Assembly (NCBI RefSeq): GCF_964355755.1 | Contig: NC_092674.1 | Location: 3,596,001-3,660,000 of the forward strand | Direction of reading: 5' to 3' | Source of the DNA: Antedon mediterranea | Taxonomy: Eukaryota > Animalia > Echinodermata | DNA length: 64,000 bases | In this document: positions 14,310 through 29,239 of the stretch, one piece after another | How the letters are laid out: the number at the start of each line of letters is the position of its first letter | Numbering within the stretch: the first letter of the stretch is position 1 | Translations under genes and position numbers: made by a program | The notes under the pieces: model-generated | Databases searched by the model: none | What the model was told of the DNA's origin: nothing | What the model saw: the letters and a program-made list of their open reading frames with translations, nothing else

Positions 14310-17300
14310 TTAGAACTGCTGCTGTGAAGTGACATCATAGTACTTTACACCAGGTAGAACGCATAGCATCTCAAAAAGGAGATTAGCAGCGATCAGAGCG
14401 GTTGTACCAAGAGGATCGTAAGGTGGTGAAACCTCAACTAAATCACAACCAACCAGATTTAGTCCCTTTAATCCTCGGATTATCTCTAGAGCCTGTATTA
14501 TACTTAATCCAGCCACTTCAGGTGTACCTGGGAAAAAAAATTTTCATTTACAATAGAACCCTTCTTTCGGACGGACACTCCAATTCAGAGGACACCTCTT
14601 TTAAAGTACACTTTCCAATGAAATGAACAGCAATGTATATTTTAACACTAAGGGCAACTCTACCCAGGGAACGCTGCTATGGGTCACTTTGTTGGGTCCT
14701 GAAGGTGTCTCTTAAGCTTGGTTCCCACTAGAACGTAACGCAAGGACGTAAACGCAACGCAAGCGTTTTAACCAATGACAAGCGAAGTTATAGACAGTTA
14801 GCAATCACAAGCGAATAAGCCATCGCTTGTGATTGGTCAATTCACTTGCGTTGCGTCGCTAGTGGGAACCAAGCATTAATAGGAGTTTTACTGTATTTCA
14901 GTCCACTAACTCTGTCGTCTGTCTGTATGCCACCTTGGAAAGAGAAATCCTGAAGATTAGCTATTCTACTAGTAGTTACACAGGGTTAGGTGTAAATGAG
15001 TGGAGCTGTACAGTAGCTTGGTGGTTCGTGCTTGCCTTCCAATCCCAAGGTCCGGGGTTCAATCCTGACCTGACTTTGATATGACTCTTTCAAGTCCACT
15101 CCCTAAGCCTCAAATGAGACTTAGTTTATAAGCATGATAAATTATAAAATAGGTTATCCAATCTGTAATTGGCAAGTTACTCCCTGTTGGATGCATATGA
15201 AATAAAAAAATATAAATAAATAAATAATGTTAATGTTGAGATACGCTGCTCTTGGCTGGTTTTTGCATTATATGTTTAGAAAGTAAGTGCAAACTTGAAT
15301 AACTCCACCACAATTTAGCAAACTACTCACCAGTTCCAGGAGCAATAGAAGGGTCCAAAGCATCAATATCGAAGCTGAGATAAACTGGTCCATCGCCCAT
15401 CTTTTCTTGTACTTGCACCATCAATGGTTCTAGAGACTTATGCCAACAGTCTCTACCCGTAACAACTCGAAACCCCTACGTGGATTAAAATAAACGTCAA
15501 TTTATTTCGGTATAAATAAAACAAACAACCACCCAAACTAAAAGCATGGTACTCAATTTACAAAAATATAGTTTAAAAAATATGGGCTGTACACAAAAAT
15601 CATCAAACATTTAAACACATTTCAATAGGCAATAAAATAGATAATATAACATTAAAAGATGAAATACCAAAATCCATATTACAAATTACCTAAAATTCAC
15701 ACGTTTGAGAGTACCTATTGCACAGTAAAAAAAAAAGGCATAAAATCATCATTCATTTAAGAAAGAGAGAGAGGGGAGTTGGGGTTCGGGGTTTTAGTAG
15801 CAAATCTCCTTAATTTTTTATTATACTACTATGCTACTCACAAACAATTTCATTTTTATTCATTCATAGAAAAGTCAGAAAGGAACAAAATACTGCATAA
15901 TGTAATATGACCTTTAATCATTTGTAACTCTTAGAATTTATTCTCCTTTAAATCTCTTTTGAAGAAACATCTCTCTCTCTCTAATATTATTTCTTAATTA
16001 TCCTTCTTACATAGTAGGCCTAATGTATATTTATATATATATTTATTTTTTATATCTTTGTTTTATTTTGTATTTACCGTTTGTTATTGTCCCTAATGAT
16101 CACCATATGCTGGATGGGTCACCCTCATTAAATATTGTTCCAATAAAAAAAAAAATAAAAATAATTTTTTCACCTGTTCTAAGCCCCATTTGTTTTCATA
16201 GATGTCATTGGATGGTCCACGTATTCCAATCTGAACGGTCTTTTTCGGATCAAAAAGATTTTCATCAAATGCTCGTTTGAATGGCGTTCCATGAGCTATT
16301 TTTTCCCCGAGCATTGTGTCTTGTGTGTCGTTATGAGCATCTACATGCACAAGGCCGACCGGACCATATTTATCCTGTCATTTGTAAAAAAGTTAAAGAA
16401 TATCTCATTTCATTTCTGGTCACTAGCATAGGCTAAACCACTGAACATGATTTGAACACACACAAATTAATGCTCTATCGCTATCTTTGATTTGAACATG
16501 TCATTACTGGATCTTTGATTTGAACACAGTATAACACTGTGTGATGGGTTTGTCACACGAAAGTGAGTCCTCTAGAGAGAAAGAGAGGAGATGAATAAAG
16601 ATGGACGACAACTACAACATGTTTTGTTATTTTATTATTGTTGGTTTCAGCCTAACGAGCGAGCCCGTAACAACTGTCTTTGATTTAAACACTGCCTTTG
16701 ATTTGAATACTGTGCAAACACTGTCTTTGATTTGAACACAGTAAAGGAAAGTCTTAATTTGAACACAGTAAATCTTATCAATATACTTACAGCAACAGCT
16801 CGCAAAACTGGATATGTCAAAGTGTGGTCACCACCCATTGTTAACGTTTTGCACCCATTAGCTATTAGCTTCTTATAGTACTCTGTTATCATATCACAAG
16901 TCTTTGGCAGGTTGTACACATTGATGTTAACATCTCCTATGTCACCAACCTGCAGGGATTCAAATGGTGCCGCACCTGTGAAATAAAAACAAACATTTTA
17001 GATGCAGTCTTTTTTTATTTTTAAAATCATAAACACTTATCTTATTTATTGTGTTTAGATTTCTGAGGTTATATCCAGAATTGGCATACTTTAGAGTTAC
17101 CAATTTATAATTTTACCTGTGTCTGGGTTGCACAATCGTATCATCGGCGATTCCGTGCGGATCTGCCGAGGACCAAATCTAGTACCGGATCGATTTGATA
17201 CACCGATGTCAAGTGGAATTCCGACAAAACATACATCAAGATCTAAAAAGACAAACAGATTTTATTTATTTATTTACAAATTAATTTTGTTGAATTTTTT

Positions 17301-20300
17301 TATTTCATACACAGTGCCAATTACAGGATGGATAAACTATTTTATACCGTACGTGCTTATAAACATTTAAGGCATAGGAAGTGGAGTTGAAAGAGTTTAT
17401 GACTTACAACCCTGGGACTAGGTCATCTTGGGATTAAAAGACAAGCATGTTAACCCCAAGGTACACTTCAAGTACACCAACACGGTATATATATATCTGC
17501 AGACAGTACTGTTTCGATCTTATTAGATCTCGATATATATATATTTTTTAAGGTAATGCAGTATATACTAGATATGGACTAGGCTATGAATACTTACCAT
17601 CAGTGGTCTTGTGAATAGGTAATCGGAACATCGATGCAATCCCGCCAGCTCTCGGCATATCATTACCAGTTAGAGGGCGGTTAAACTCACTGCTCCTATT
17701 TGAAGATGTTGAATAAAATAACGATCTGCCAGCACAACCTGTTATTCAAATTATTCAGAAATTATCTGTTACAAATGTGTGAAAAATGGGGCTGAACTCC
17801 ACAAAAACAGATACCCACTAAACATTTTAGTGACTAAAAAGAGGTCTCATGGTCGAAAAAATAAAATTGTGGTACTGGTAGATTATAAACAATAGAGTGT
17901 GCTATATTATTTTAAACATTTATATAGAGGGCGCTATATAAAGGAAAAAAATCTGGAATTTACAAATGAATATTACCATAACATTGTTTTGATTGATCAA
18001 TTTAATAATTTATTCAAAAAGTAATTCTGTGTAGGCCTAGGATGCTAGGTAGTAGACAGTCTACTGTTATTAGGCAATAAGAGATTGATTTATTATATCA
18101 TGAAAGATTTATTTTATGATACCTGGTCCGGTGTAAGATTTAAATCTGTCCGGTGTTTGAAAGTGTCCACTGGACAATTTTCAGCATTGAATATTGTAAT
18201 ACTAGCTGTTGAAAATGGCCGCAACCACCCGGGCAGCTTTCATCGATAAAAAAGTAGGACCATCGAGACATCGACATCATATTAACCCCGTAAAAACTAG
18301 GGCACTGGACGTTCACCAACTCCCGTTAGGGTAATTATAATTCCTTAGAATACCAACTTGAATCGCAAAATATCAAGTGGATTGAAATAAATATTACTAT
18401 TATTATATCTGGAGACATATAGTCTAATCAAATTAAATTGTTTGTTTTTGATTGAGTATATACAACCTGTTGTCAATTTGAAGTAAATCGACAACTTGAA
18501 AAATATATAGCCTACTGTATTATTATTTCGAGGGAATGAATATCACTAAATCATATAGGCATAGGGCCTACCTATTTCGTTATCTCGAAATATTATTTCA
18601 TTCGAAATTCGAATTACTACTTCGCGAGAGAACGAAATAATTTCCCTCGAAATTATTTCGTTCTCTCGATCATCATCATCATCATCATCATCATTCCTTG
18701 TCTCGAAGTAGTAATTCGTTTTTTATATTATTCAGTTCTTGAAATCTTATTTTGTTCTCCCTAAATATATTCGTTCCCTCAAAATATTTTTCAGTTCTCA
18801 AAATATTATTTTGTAATATTCATAATACTGCTACTAATTTAATAATATCAACTGATAACAAAAGTTCTTTAAACAAGTAAGTTCGTCATTGTTAAAGTCA
18901 GTTCTTTTTCATTATATTTTTTTCACAGATGCCTGATTTTTGTTTTTATTTAATAAAACATTGAATTGGTTAGTCACAATATTTGCTTTGTTTCTAGAGA
19001 CTTTACATTATTTATTTATTTATCTAAAATACATTTGAAAAATATTGTTGATGCATATTACCAAAAAATATTTGTTTTTTATATTTTATATGGCAAAATA
19101 AACACCTTAATTGCGCATCATAATTATTCGTTCACTCAAGGGTATTTCGGTTTTTTGTTTTTTTCGAATATTAGGGTATTTCGTTCCCAATACAAACAGT
19201 CCAATACCGTTATACATCAAATTCATAGAATAATGGCTTATATTGAAATGAAGCGTTTAAAACGTCTTTGCCACAATGTCTGTACATGCAGCTGAGTTTA
19301 AAAAATCGCGGTTGTATTTTTGTTTTATATGGACATATAAACATAGAAACCACCAGCTAATACCAGAAATACCAACAGCTTATGTATCAATTTTTAAAAT
19401 CAACACCAGCTAATTTAGAACGGTCAGCAGATAATGTAGTAACGAAAATTGCCTCACAGCTAATGTTGAAAATATTGTATAATTTAAAAACCTGTCTACA
19501 TCATGTGAAAATGCATTTCTTTACTTACCGGTAGCTATCCATCTATCCACGTCTCGTAAGTGACCAACCAACAACCACTTCTAGTAAGTAACCACCTCTA
19601 TTGAACGACCACCGTCTCTGATAATCGCCCACCATCTCTTAACGACCACACCACTCGTCAAGGACGAGCTATTTTAAAGGACCACCACCTCGGCTTCTCA
19701 TAATCAACCTCATGACGGACTACCTCTCTTAACGACCACGCCTAAAGTGTCGACCTCTCTATAAAAAAAAAACGTCCACCTCTCCACTGGGACCACTTCT
19801 CATAATCGACTACCATCCGTAACGACCACCTTTCGCAAATTACCACCTCTATTGAGGTGGTCACTTACGGGAGGTGTAGTCGGTAAAAGAAGTGGTCGTC
19901 TACGAGCGGTGGTAGTTTATGAAAAGCAGTCCCTTATGAGAGGAGGTTACCCCTTCAGGAAGTTGTCCATTGTGAGAAGCGGTCCTTTAACAGAGGTAGT
20001 CCCTTTTAAATATTAAAGGTGGTCGCTAACAAGGGTAGTTGCTTACGATCAGAGTGCTACGTTTTGAAAGCCGATCACTTACGAGAGGTGGATAGACTGA
20101 CAGCTAAACTAAGTAGAGAAATACATTTGCACATGATTTAGACATTTAGGTTTATAAAATATATAATTATTATTTTATTAGCTGGCGATATTAACTACAT
20201 CAGCTGTGAGGCAATTTTCGTTACTTCATTACCTGTTAAGTTGTATATTAGCTAATGTTGATTTTTATTTAATAAATAACTGTTGGTGTTTCTACATTAG

Positions 20301-23300
20301 CTAGTTCTAGGTTTTACTACATGGGTGGATTTGACAGTTTCGACGACATTTGCTGCCGTTTTCTACACTAGCGGTTTTGAACAGGGACTAGTGTAAAGGA
20401 AATGCCACAAGTTGTGTTTTTTTATTTTTTTTTATTTATTGTTTTGTGTACTAAAGTGGCAGCATAATCAGTATTTATTTTTACCAGATGTCCAGCAAGG
20501 GTAATGTCCCATAACTCAGGCCACAATTGTCAGGTCAACCTCAAAACAGCGGCTCTCGGGAGATATTAATTACCGGTAGTCGTGTTAACTGTCATCTGTT
20601 ATTTGTCAGGAGAAGGGGTGCGAACTTGCCATATCTCAAATTAAGGTTACGCTTACCATGAATATGATTTCATTACAAGAATTATATACCACAGTATGTT
20701 ACGTAATTTAATTCTCTTATTTTAAAAAATAACTAAATAAATTAGTATATGATTCTAGTATAAGTATTATAAAAAATGTTTCTATTTAATATACAGGGAG
20801 CGGGGGTTGCCTCATAGCCTGAACGGTTTTAATACGAACTTATGTACTATAATATTATTTTACGTAGATTACTATTTAATATTATTTTATTTATTTAACA
20901 ACATATTTATATAGGATTATACACAATCAAGTAGAAATATACTTGTTTTGCATTGTGGTCCTGTCGACAAAAACGGATACAAATTTAAATACAATTTCAA
21001 TTAATATTATAATATAATTTGAGATGAACTTATAATATGTAATAAAGAATAACTATATGATTATATTTTATACTCCTATCTGAATGTGCTATTTATTGTG
21101 TAATAGAACGACTGAAGCGTTTACCAATAAGAGTATCTTCGAAATTTAATTTAATAAATGGCATTTCCCTCCAATAGTTTTTTTCTCTCATTTTTTGTGT
21201 ACTTGCCACTGTAATAAATTACCATTCCCTAACCATGAACATTCTAGAATAAGATGTTTACATTTAAGACATCATGTATAATTAATATAATAACAATCAG
21301 GAACATTCCAGTATGCTATTAATAGAAACTGTAATCAAATAGAATAAGAAGTATAAAGAATGATATAGAAGGATAGGAACATCTTGTATATAAAGGGATG
21401 TAAAACTATTGTCATGTTGTTGGATATTAGAGGTTGGATATTAGATTGTAAAAGTTATTGTGAAGCTGTTGTTTAAAATGCTTACTGGGTTGTTGAAAGT
21501 TGAAGTTGATTGAAATTAAAGATTTGTTTTTGAGTTATTTTACAACTTTGTGAATTTGGTGTGTATACTTTTATGTCACAAGGGAGTTTCTAAAGTATTT
21601 TCAACCGCTCGGAAACATACGTAAAAGGAGTTCGTGACATCCACTTAAGGCACAAAGTTTAAATTATAGGCCTACACCTGACAAAACTGTTTGCTCTTTC
21701 TTCTAATCGGCAATTGGTTAAAACAAATGTAGCAAGAAGCTGATTGGCTCAATGTTTGTTCAAAACCTCCTACATTTAAAAAATCATTCACTTTGCTTGC
21801 AAAGTTCCAATCACGGTGTTGTTCGTTACAATCTGCCTTCTTTCTATTTTTACTTATTATCATTATGGCCGATCATGAGTTTGATGCCTTGAGAAACTAT
21901 CTACAAAACAACGTTTATCCTGTAAATTATTCTGAAATATTAAAACGAAGTTTGCGACGGAAAGCCAAGAACTTTACAATTCTTCGTGATATCTTGTATT
22001 ACAAACAACATTCTGGTAGATTGTTGCGTGTATTGTTACCGAAAGAAAAAAACGAAGTGTTAAACAGTATCCATAAGCAGGCACATGGTGGTCACTTGGG
22101 TGTCAACAAAACGTAAGTTTAAAGTTTGTCAATTAAATAATATTTAAGCTTCGATAAGTTTCTGGGTGACTTTAAAACTGTTTATATGTTTGGCCAGGTG
22201 GAATGCCATCCTGAGATGAGTATTAGTAATTAGTACAGCATTGTTTTTAAATGATTTTATACGTAATTTTACTTTCTGTGGACCACAGAATTCGAAACAA
22301 ATGATTAAATGAATGAATTAAATGAATAATAACTAATACTTATCAATTGAAAAATGTATAATGACCGTGTACATTATGAAGTTAGTATTTTATATATAGA
22401 TTCAAACATATTTTTATACCTCCATGAATGAAAAATATGTTAAGTCGATAATAATTTCTACTCAATATATTATCGCAATTAATTGTATAAATATATTGAA
22501 GTTGAACATAAAATACCACATGTAAAAAATACAAAACATATATTGGCATTCAATAATTAATCAAAAATGTTCCGAATATGAGCACTGTTTCAATAATTTG
22601 ACAGATTATTATTATATAATTTACACAGTGCTACACAACGCATATATCTTTAGTTCAAAATTAAGATATCTCTTTTAATAAAGATAGATTATTTCAATTG
22701 AAAACTAAGATGTCTTACTTTTTAAAAGAAATATCTATGTTAATAGATATTTTTTTGTAGGCTTATTACACCTCGAAAAACCAAGAAGAATACAGTACAA
22801 CTAGCTCTATCTATAATAGTAATGTTTTAGTTTTATAACAGTTCATATACGGTACTCTACACGTGCCCACTGCATAACTAACACAGAAAAAAATCCACTT
22901 GTGATATTCCGAATGGGACAAGAATCTTCCATTCTAAATATCTTGGTAAGTAAGTAATATAGAGATATCCCTCATGAGAGATATCTTAGTTTTAAATAGT
23001 GATACAAATACTTCCCGAATGAAAACTTATTCAGGTCTTGGTATAATAAATATGTTCAATATTAGTTGCTCATTCATAATGCAAAAAGCCATATCAGTAT
23101 TAACTTTCGTTCGTTTAAAATGTATACTTATGAAAGAAAACACAATTTGACAAAAAAAAAGGTAAGGAAGAAGACTTTTATTATGTAACTTTAAAGTGGA
23201 TTATTACATTTTTTTTTAGGGAATACTTCTTTAAAAAAAACGCATTTTCAATAACAAAACTAGTTTCCAATCCCCCGGTAATGGAGTAAAACCACCTGCA

Positions 23301-26300
23301 GCTTATGTAATGAAAAAAATTAACACCATGTAGAACGATCAACAACGAATGTAGGAACGAAAATTGCATCCCAGCTAATGTAGGACTATCGCCAGCTAAT
23401 GTAGAAAATATATATTTTACAAACCTAAATGTCTAAATCATGTGCAAATGCATCTGTTTACTTAGCTATCCATCTATCCACGTCTCGTAACCGACCAACT
23501 TTCTAAAACGACCACACATCGTAAGCAACCAACTCTTTTAAGGGACCGTTTCTCATAATCGACTTCCTCTCTCGTAACGACAACTTTTTTGGGTGACCAC
23601 CTCTATTAAACGGCCATCGTCTCTGTTAAGGGATCGCTTCCCATAATCGACCAACTATTGTAAGTGATCACATCCTCTCATTATGGACCGCTTCTCATAA
23701 TCGACCACCTCTCGTAGTAAGCGACCACCTCTCTTAACAACCACAACTCTCGTAAGCGACCGCTTTTTATTTTCGACCGCCTCTCGTAAGTGATGATCTC
23801 TTTTAGAAGACCACCATATCTCTAAATGGACCGCTTCTCATAATATACCAACTCTTGTATAAATCACCTCTCTTAAGTGACCACTTCTAATAAACGACCT
23901 CTCTGTTAGGAGACCGCTTCTCATAATCGATCACATATCGTAAGCGACCACCTCCCTTATCGACCACATCTTTCGTAAGTGACCACCTATTTTAAAGGAC
24001 CACTACCTCTCGCAATCTACCATTGTGGCTCACTAAAAAGTACCCGGTTTCCTTAATAGGGTGTCCTCTACATTTTAAAAATAAATAAATTTAACCAGTA
24101 TGTAGTGTTAAAACGTATATATTTCCCCTTGTTTATTTTTAAAAAAAAGTGGCGATTTTTATATCTACTCTGTCGCACATTCACCAAGCGTACACAATAA
24201 TTCTAGTAGGACAATTAATTATTTATACTTTTCAAGTTAGTTTTTTATTGCCTGAGTGAATTATTACCAGATTGAGGGCGTAGTTATTTTGTATGGGAGG
24301 CTGCACTCAATTTGAAGTTTATATGGGGGTATTTAGAATGTAAACACGGTACAATCAGGGAGATGTAAATCTCCCTGGTACAATGTGACACGGAATCATC
24401 ACGGACTGATGGACATTTTTCATAGAAGGTATCTTTTCCCTTTTCAATATTCATTTATCATTGTCAAATAAAAAAACTAGAAACATAGATAAATATTAAA
24501 AGTTAATTAATCAGTTGTGCCCAGTGCTTGCCTTAAACGAAAAGTTAAAATATATGGAACGCCAAACTGTAATGTTATTATAATGCATTGATGAGAATGG
24601 TGATGTGAACTGCGGTAATAAATAATAAATAATATTAAAAAACAAAATAAAATTAAAATATTTAAAGAATCCATAATACAGTTTTAAGGTCAATAGTAAA
24701 CCTACAAAGAGATTGAATATCATCAATACAATAAACACATTTTTTTTTTTTTTTAACAGTTGGAAAAAGATACGCGAAAGGTATTATTGGAAGGGGTCAT
24801 TTGATGGTGTTCGTAATTTTATAGCCGCCTGTGATCAGTGCCAACGGAAAGAAGTTTTAAAAAAAGCAAAAGTGCCACTTCAACCTATACCCGTAACAGA
24901 TACTGCTTTCAGACAGATCGGTATGGATATTGTTGGGCCTTTGGTAAAGACAGAAAATGGTAAGGTATCTCATGACAAATTACTGAAAAACAAAAATGCT
25001 GTGACTGGATAAAAAAGCTAAATCAAAACGTAAAAGTAAAAAGCAAGAAGACATGAATGAAATACGTTCAGAAAACTTTGTAATTCATTCTTCAGGGCCT
25101 AAAATTACAGTTAATAATTAGTTCTGTTCGGCCTTTATTGTAATAGGGCTGAACTTAAATTTATTATTGTAAAGGCACAAGCGCAATTTCTGTGAGGTTT
25201 CTTGAAATTGTTAACTAAACTAAAATTATGACAGTTCTCTTTTTTACACTGTCAACAAAAACTAGATTTACCAAGAATCAGATGCTCTTATTATTGTCAC
25301 CGGATTTACATCGATTATGGCTATACTGTAATAATCTTTATTTCTGCCTGTTTTAATTTGATCCAAACCATGACTGGGGTAATACTGTTCAGCGCATAGA
25401 GGTTTTACAACATTAGGCGCTATGTAAATCCACGATATTATTATTGTTCTTGTTCTTATTATATTTATTGATATTAATATTGTTATTATTATTGTTATTT
25501 CATTCGTACAGTTCGGGTGTTGTACATCTCATCATGACATTTTGACACTACTATTATTACGGCTTATTATATTATTATTTGCTGTGTTTCAGGTAATCGG
25601 TACTTACTTGTATTTACGGAGTACCTTACCAAATGGGTGGAAGCTGATGCAATTCCAGATAAATCTGCTAAAACAGTGCTGAGATCTTTTATTGATTTTG
25701 TCTGCAGACATGGAACACCTTCTATATTGATTACAGACCAGGGTAGAGAGTTTTGTAATGAGCTGAATGACAGCTTCTGTAAGCTGATTGGGGTAGACCA
25801 CAGAGTTGCCTCACCATACCATCCTCAAACAGGCGGGCAAACGGAGCGCTTTAACAGAACACTTTGCACAATGCTTATGACGTTGACCAACGCAGACCAA
25901 AATGACTGGGATATACAACTCCCATACGTGTTGTTTGCCTACAGAACATCCGAGCACAAGTCTACGAAATGTGACCCATTCTCATTAGTTTACGGTAGAA
26001 AGGCTGTGTTGCCTGTAGAATTACGTATTCCCATCGTTTCGTCTAATAAAGATGACATATCCGGAACTGTTCCTTTAAAAATAAGAGTGGACGCTTTTTT
26101 GAAACTCAAAGATTCAAGGAGAAAGGCATCAGAAAATATCAAAAAAGCACAGAAAAAGCAAAAACATTATCATGATGCTGGTGTTAAAAGCAACACGTAC
26201 TATGCAGGAGATCAAGTGCTCTTGCAGAATTCCAGAAATTTGTCAAGAAAGGGAGGCAAACTTAATGCTCGATGGACTGGTCCATATATTATAGAAAAAG

Positions 26301-29239
26301 TCCTCACTCACAATACATATCGACTAAAAGGAAGAAGGGCTATTGTTAACGGAAACAAGATCAGACATTACAAGTCCGATAAAACAACCTCTTTGAACTG
26401 TCCATCATCAAGCACTAAACAGAAATGTAATACCAATGATAAGCATCTCCCTCCAAAGAAACGAAAGCGAACGCCAGACATCCCACCTGAAGTAACGCAC
26501 CATGATAACATACCTACATCCAAGAATGGTGATATCACACCGGATGATCACATTATTAACATACCTACATCCAAGAATGTTGATGATAACGATAACAGAC
26601 CTACATCCAAGAATTATGATATCACACCGGATGATCACATTAACATACCTACATCCAAGAACGATGATATCACACTGGATAATCACGATAACATACCTAC
26701 ATTAGACAATGATAATGTCGCACCGGATGATGACCATGACAACAGTAGGCCTGTATCTGATAGTGATGTGGTATACCTCAACACGAAAACTTCAAGAAAG
26801 TTATTCTTTCCTGTCGATGCCAATTGGCAGCTTGAAAAGGCAGCACCATTTGGTATCAATGTCAAAAATTTTCACAAAACTCACTTAAAATGTGAAATGG
26901 ACAAGGCAGCCAGGCCTACTAAAGTTGTTAATATGAGAGGGGACGGCAACTGTCTTTTTAGGGCTTTGAGTTATATTCTCTTTGGTGTCCAGAACTACCA
27001 TGTAGTTGTACGGGATTACATACTAAACTATATGTCCATGAACAAAAACCTATTTGAAAAAATTGAATCCAGATCATTTGAACGATACGTGGAAGACACG
27101 AGAATGGGGGAATATGGGACATGGGGTTCGGACATCGAAATCATGGCATTTGCGACCATGTCAAATACGAATGTTTATGTTTACAGTAAATATGGAAGAA
27201 GGAAAGGGCTTCCACATTATGAATGGTTGAAATATGCACCAATAAGTAATCAGTTTGGTGATTTAGTATCTGAAAGAAACATCTACCTATCAAACTTATG
27301 TGCACACTTTGAGCCTGTCCTGGATGTAGACAAGAAAACTTATGACGCTGAATTAAAATACACTCGTACACCATACGCACCAATCAAAAACCACCTTGCA
27401 CGGAAATACTGGGATATTGTATCCGATGTGACCCTCAATGCTGCTCTGGTAGATAATTACGAAGATGAAGCGGTAATGCGTTCCGAAGGCATTATGGACG
27501 TTATATACGTATCTGAATTCACGGACACACATTATGACATTGAAGCAGTCAACCATCTAAAAGATGATATCGATCCAAATATATTCAATTTGCTTTGTGA
27601 CATGGAACATTTCCCGGAAAGGATTCATCAGAGCAACAATGAAGTACCTGGACAATTATATGTTGATTCATACAACGTCACTCTTTAACTGTAGGCCTAC
27701 CTATGACCGGTAATCTCAACATACACAGAAGCATTAAATGGTGAAAAGGGTATTTGTTTACCTTATAGAGGTAAGTTTCGTTAATGCTTTGATTTTTTAC
27801 AGGTGCTTCCGTCAAGAGGAGATTGTCGGCTTTGTCTGAAACTCATCGACGAAGAAATACCAATTGCATTTGTCGGACCAGAAAGAAGAACATAGATTCA
27901 CCACAGCGGCTAATTAAAGCGTCACCATCTTTCATTGAATCAACGGAAGACGAATATCTGAGCATAAGTACGTCAAAGGCTCAAGGGGTCTAATGGCAGG
28001 TAACAACAGATCAAATACAGTGTGTCCAGTGTAAACATGCAATGATGTGTCATGCGCCCTGCTTTGATCGCTACAAGGATTAAAAAATTAATTAAAAAGC
28101 AGATTGTATAAAAGAATAACGCGACTAAAGGTCCGGTAAGGTAAAAGTACGTGAATTAGATTGTAACTAGTGTTTATTTTTATTGTATTTTTATGTTTAA
28201 AAAACTTTTTCATATTTACAACTCATATGATTCTGTTTCATAATGTTATGCAATTTTCTTCTATAATATGTTTTCTTTGGTCAAAGGGGCACATACAAAC
28301 GTGCAACCTACCCTCGCTATGATCATCAACCTTGACGTGGTAGCGAGGCTTGCGTGCTTCCAATGTATTGGTAGCCAGACCAATGATGATCAATAACAAA
28401 GTAAAATAAATACAAACACACTTACTGAAACAAGTTTTAATAGCAATAAATAAATAAATAAATAAATATTTTTCTGTAACTATTGTTCATTATTATTACA
28501 CTATTATTATTTTATCCTGTTAATATAAGTAATGATCAATGATATATAATTTATGTTTACAAAACTCGTTCATATTTACAACTCATTCTGACAAGACAAC
28601 AACATTTAATATTTTTGTAATTCACAATTCATACATTTATTTGTAATGTATTCATGAATTTGCTTTTCCTTCATCCAATCTACATAGTAGATATATGAAA
28701 CTATTGTTCTAACCACGTGACTATGTAGCATAGAACATTAATTCTAAACCGCCCGGTAATATACTGAAATTTAATTAATTAATTTGAAACGATAAAGATG
28801 AGGAAATCTGTGAGAATGAGTTAAAGTCGCCCCAACCGAGACTCGAACTCGGACCGCCTGCTTGATATGCAGATGTCCTAACCGTTAGACCACTGGGGCT
28901 TTCACGGTTCGAACTCGATTGGATAGCGACTCTTTAACATTCTCGGCGTGGTACGGCGGAACAGCACTAGTCCTCAGTTGTAAACACAACAGGCATAGAA
29001 ATAAATTCCAAACCGCCCGGTGATACACTGAAAATGATTTAATTAATTTTTGAAACGATAAAGATGAGGAAATCTGAGAGAATGAGAAAAAGTCGCCCCA
29101 ACCGAGGCTCGAACTCGGACCGTCGGCTTGATATGCAGTTGCCCTAACCATTAGACCACTGGGGCTTTCATGGTATTGTTCTTTAACTCGACCGGATAAC
29201 GACCCTTTAACATTCTCGGCGTGGTACGGTTGGAACACA

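Noticed and set aside
18110-18131. Donor-like CCAG|GTATCA at the left TSD, suggesting the element split a coding exon of agmatinase A
   Set aside because: Rejoined flanks give no convincing ATG-led leader; a better exon 1 exists at 33705-33636
21865-27688. Gypsy LTR retrotransposon pol
   Set aside because: No RT/RNaseH/protease/gag recognised; spliceosomal introns, TIRs and a CCGG TSD indicate a Ginger DNA transposon
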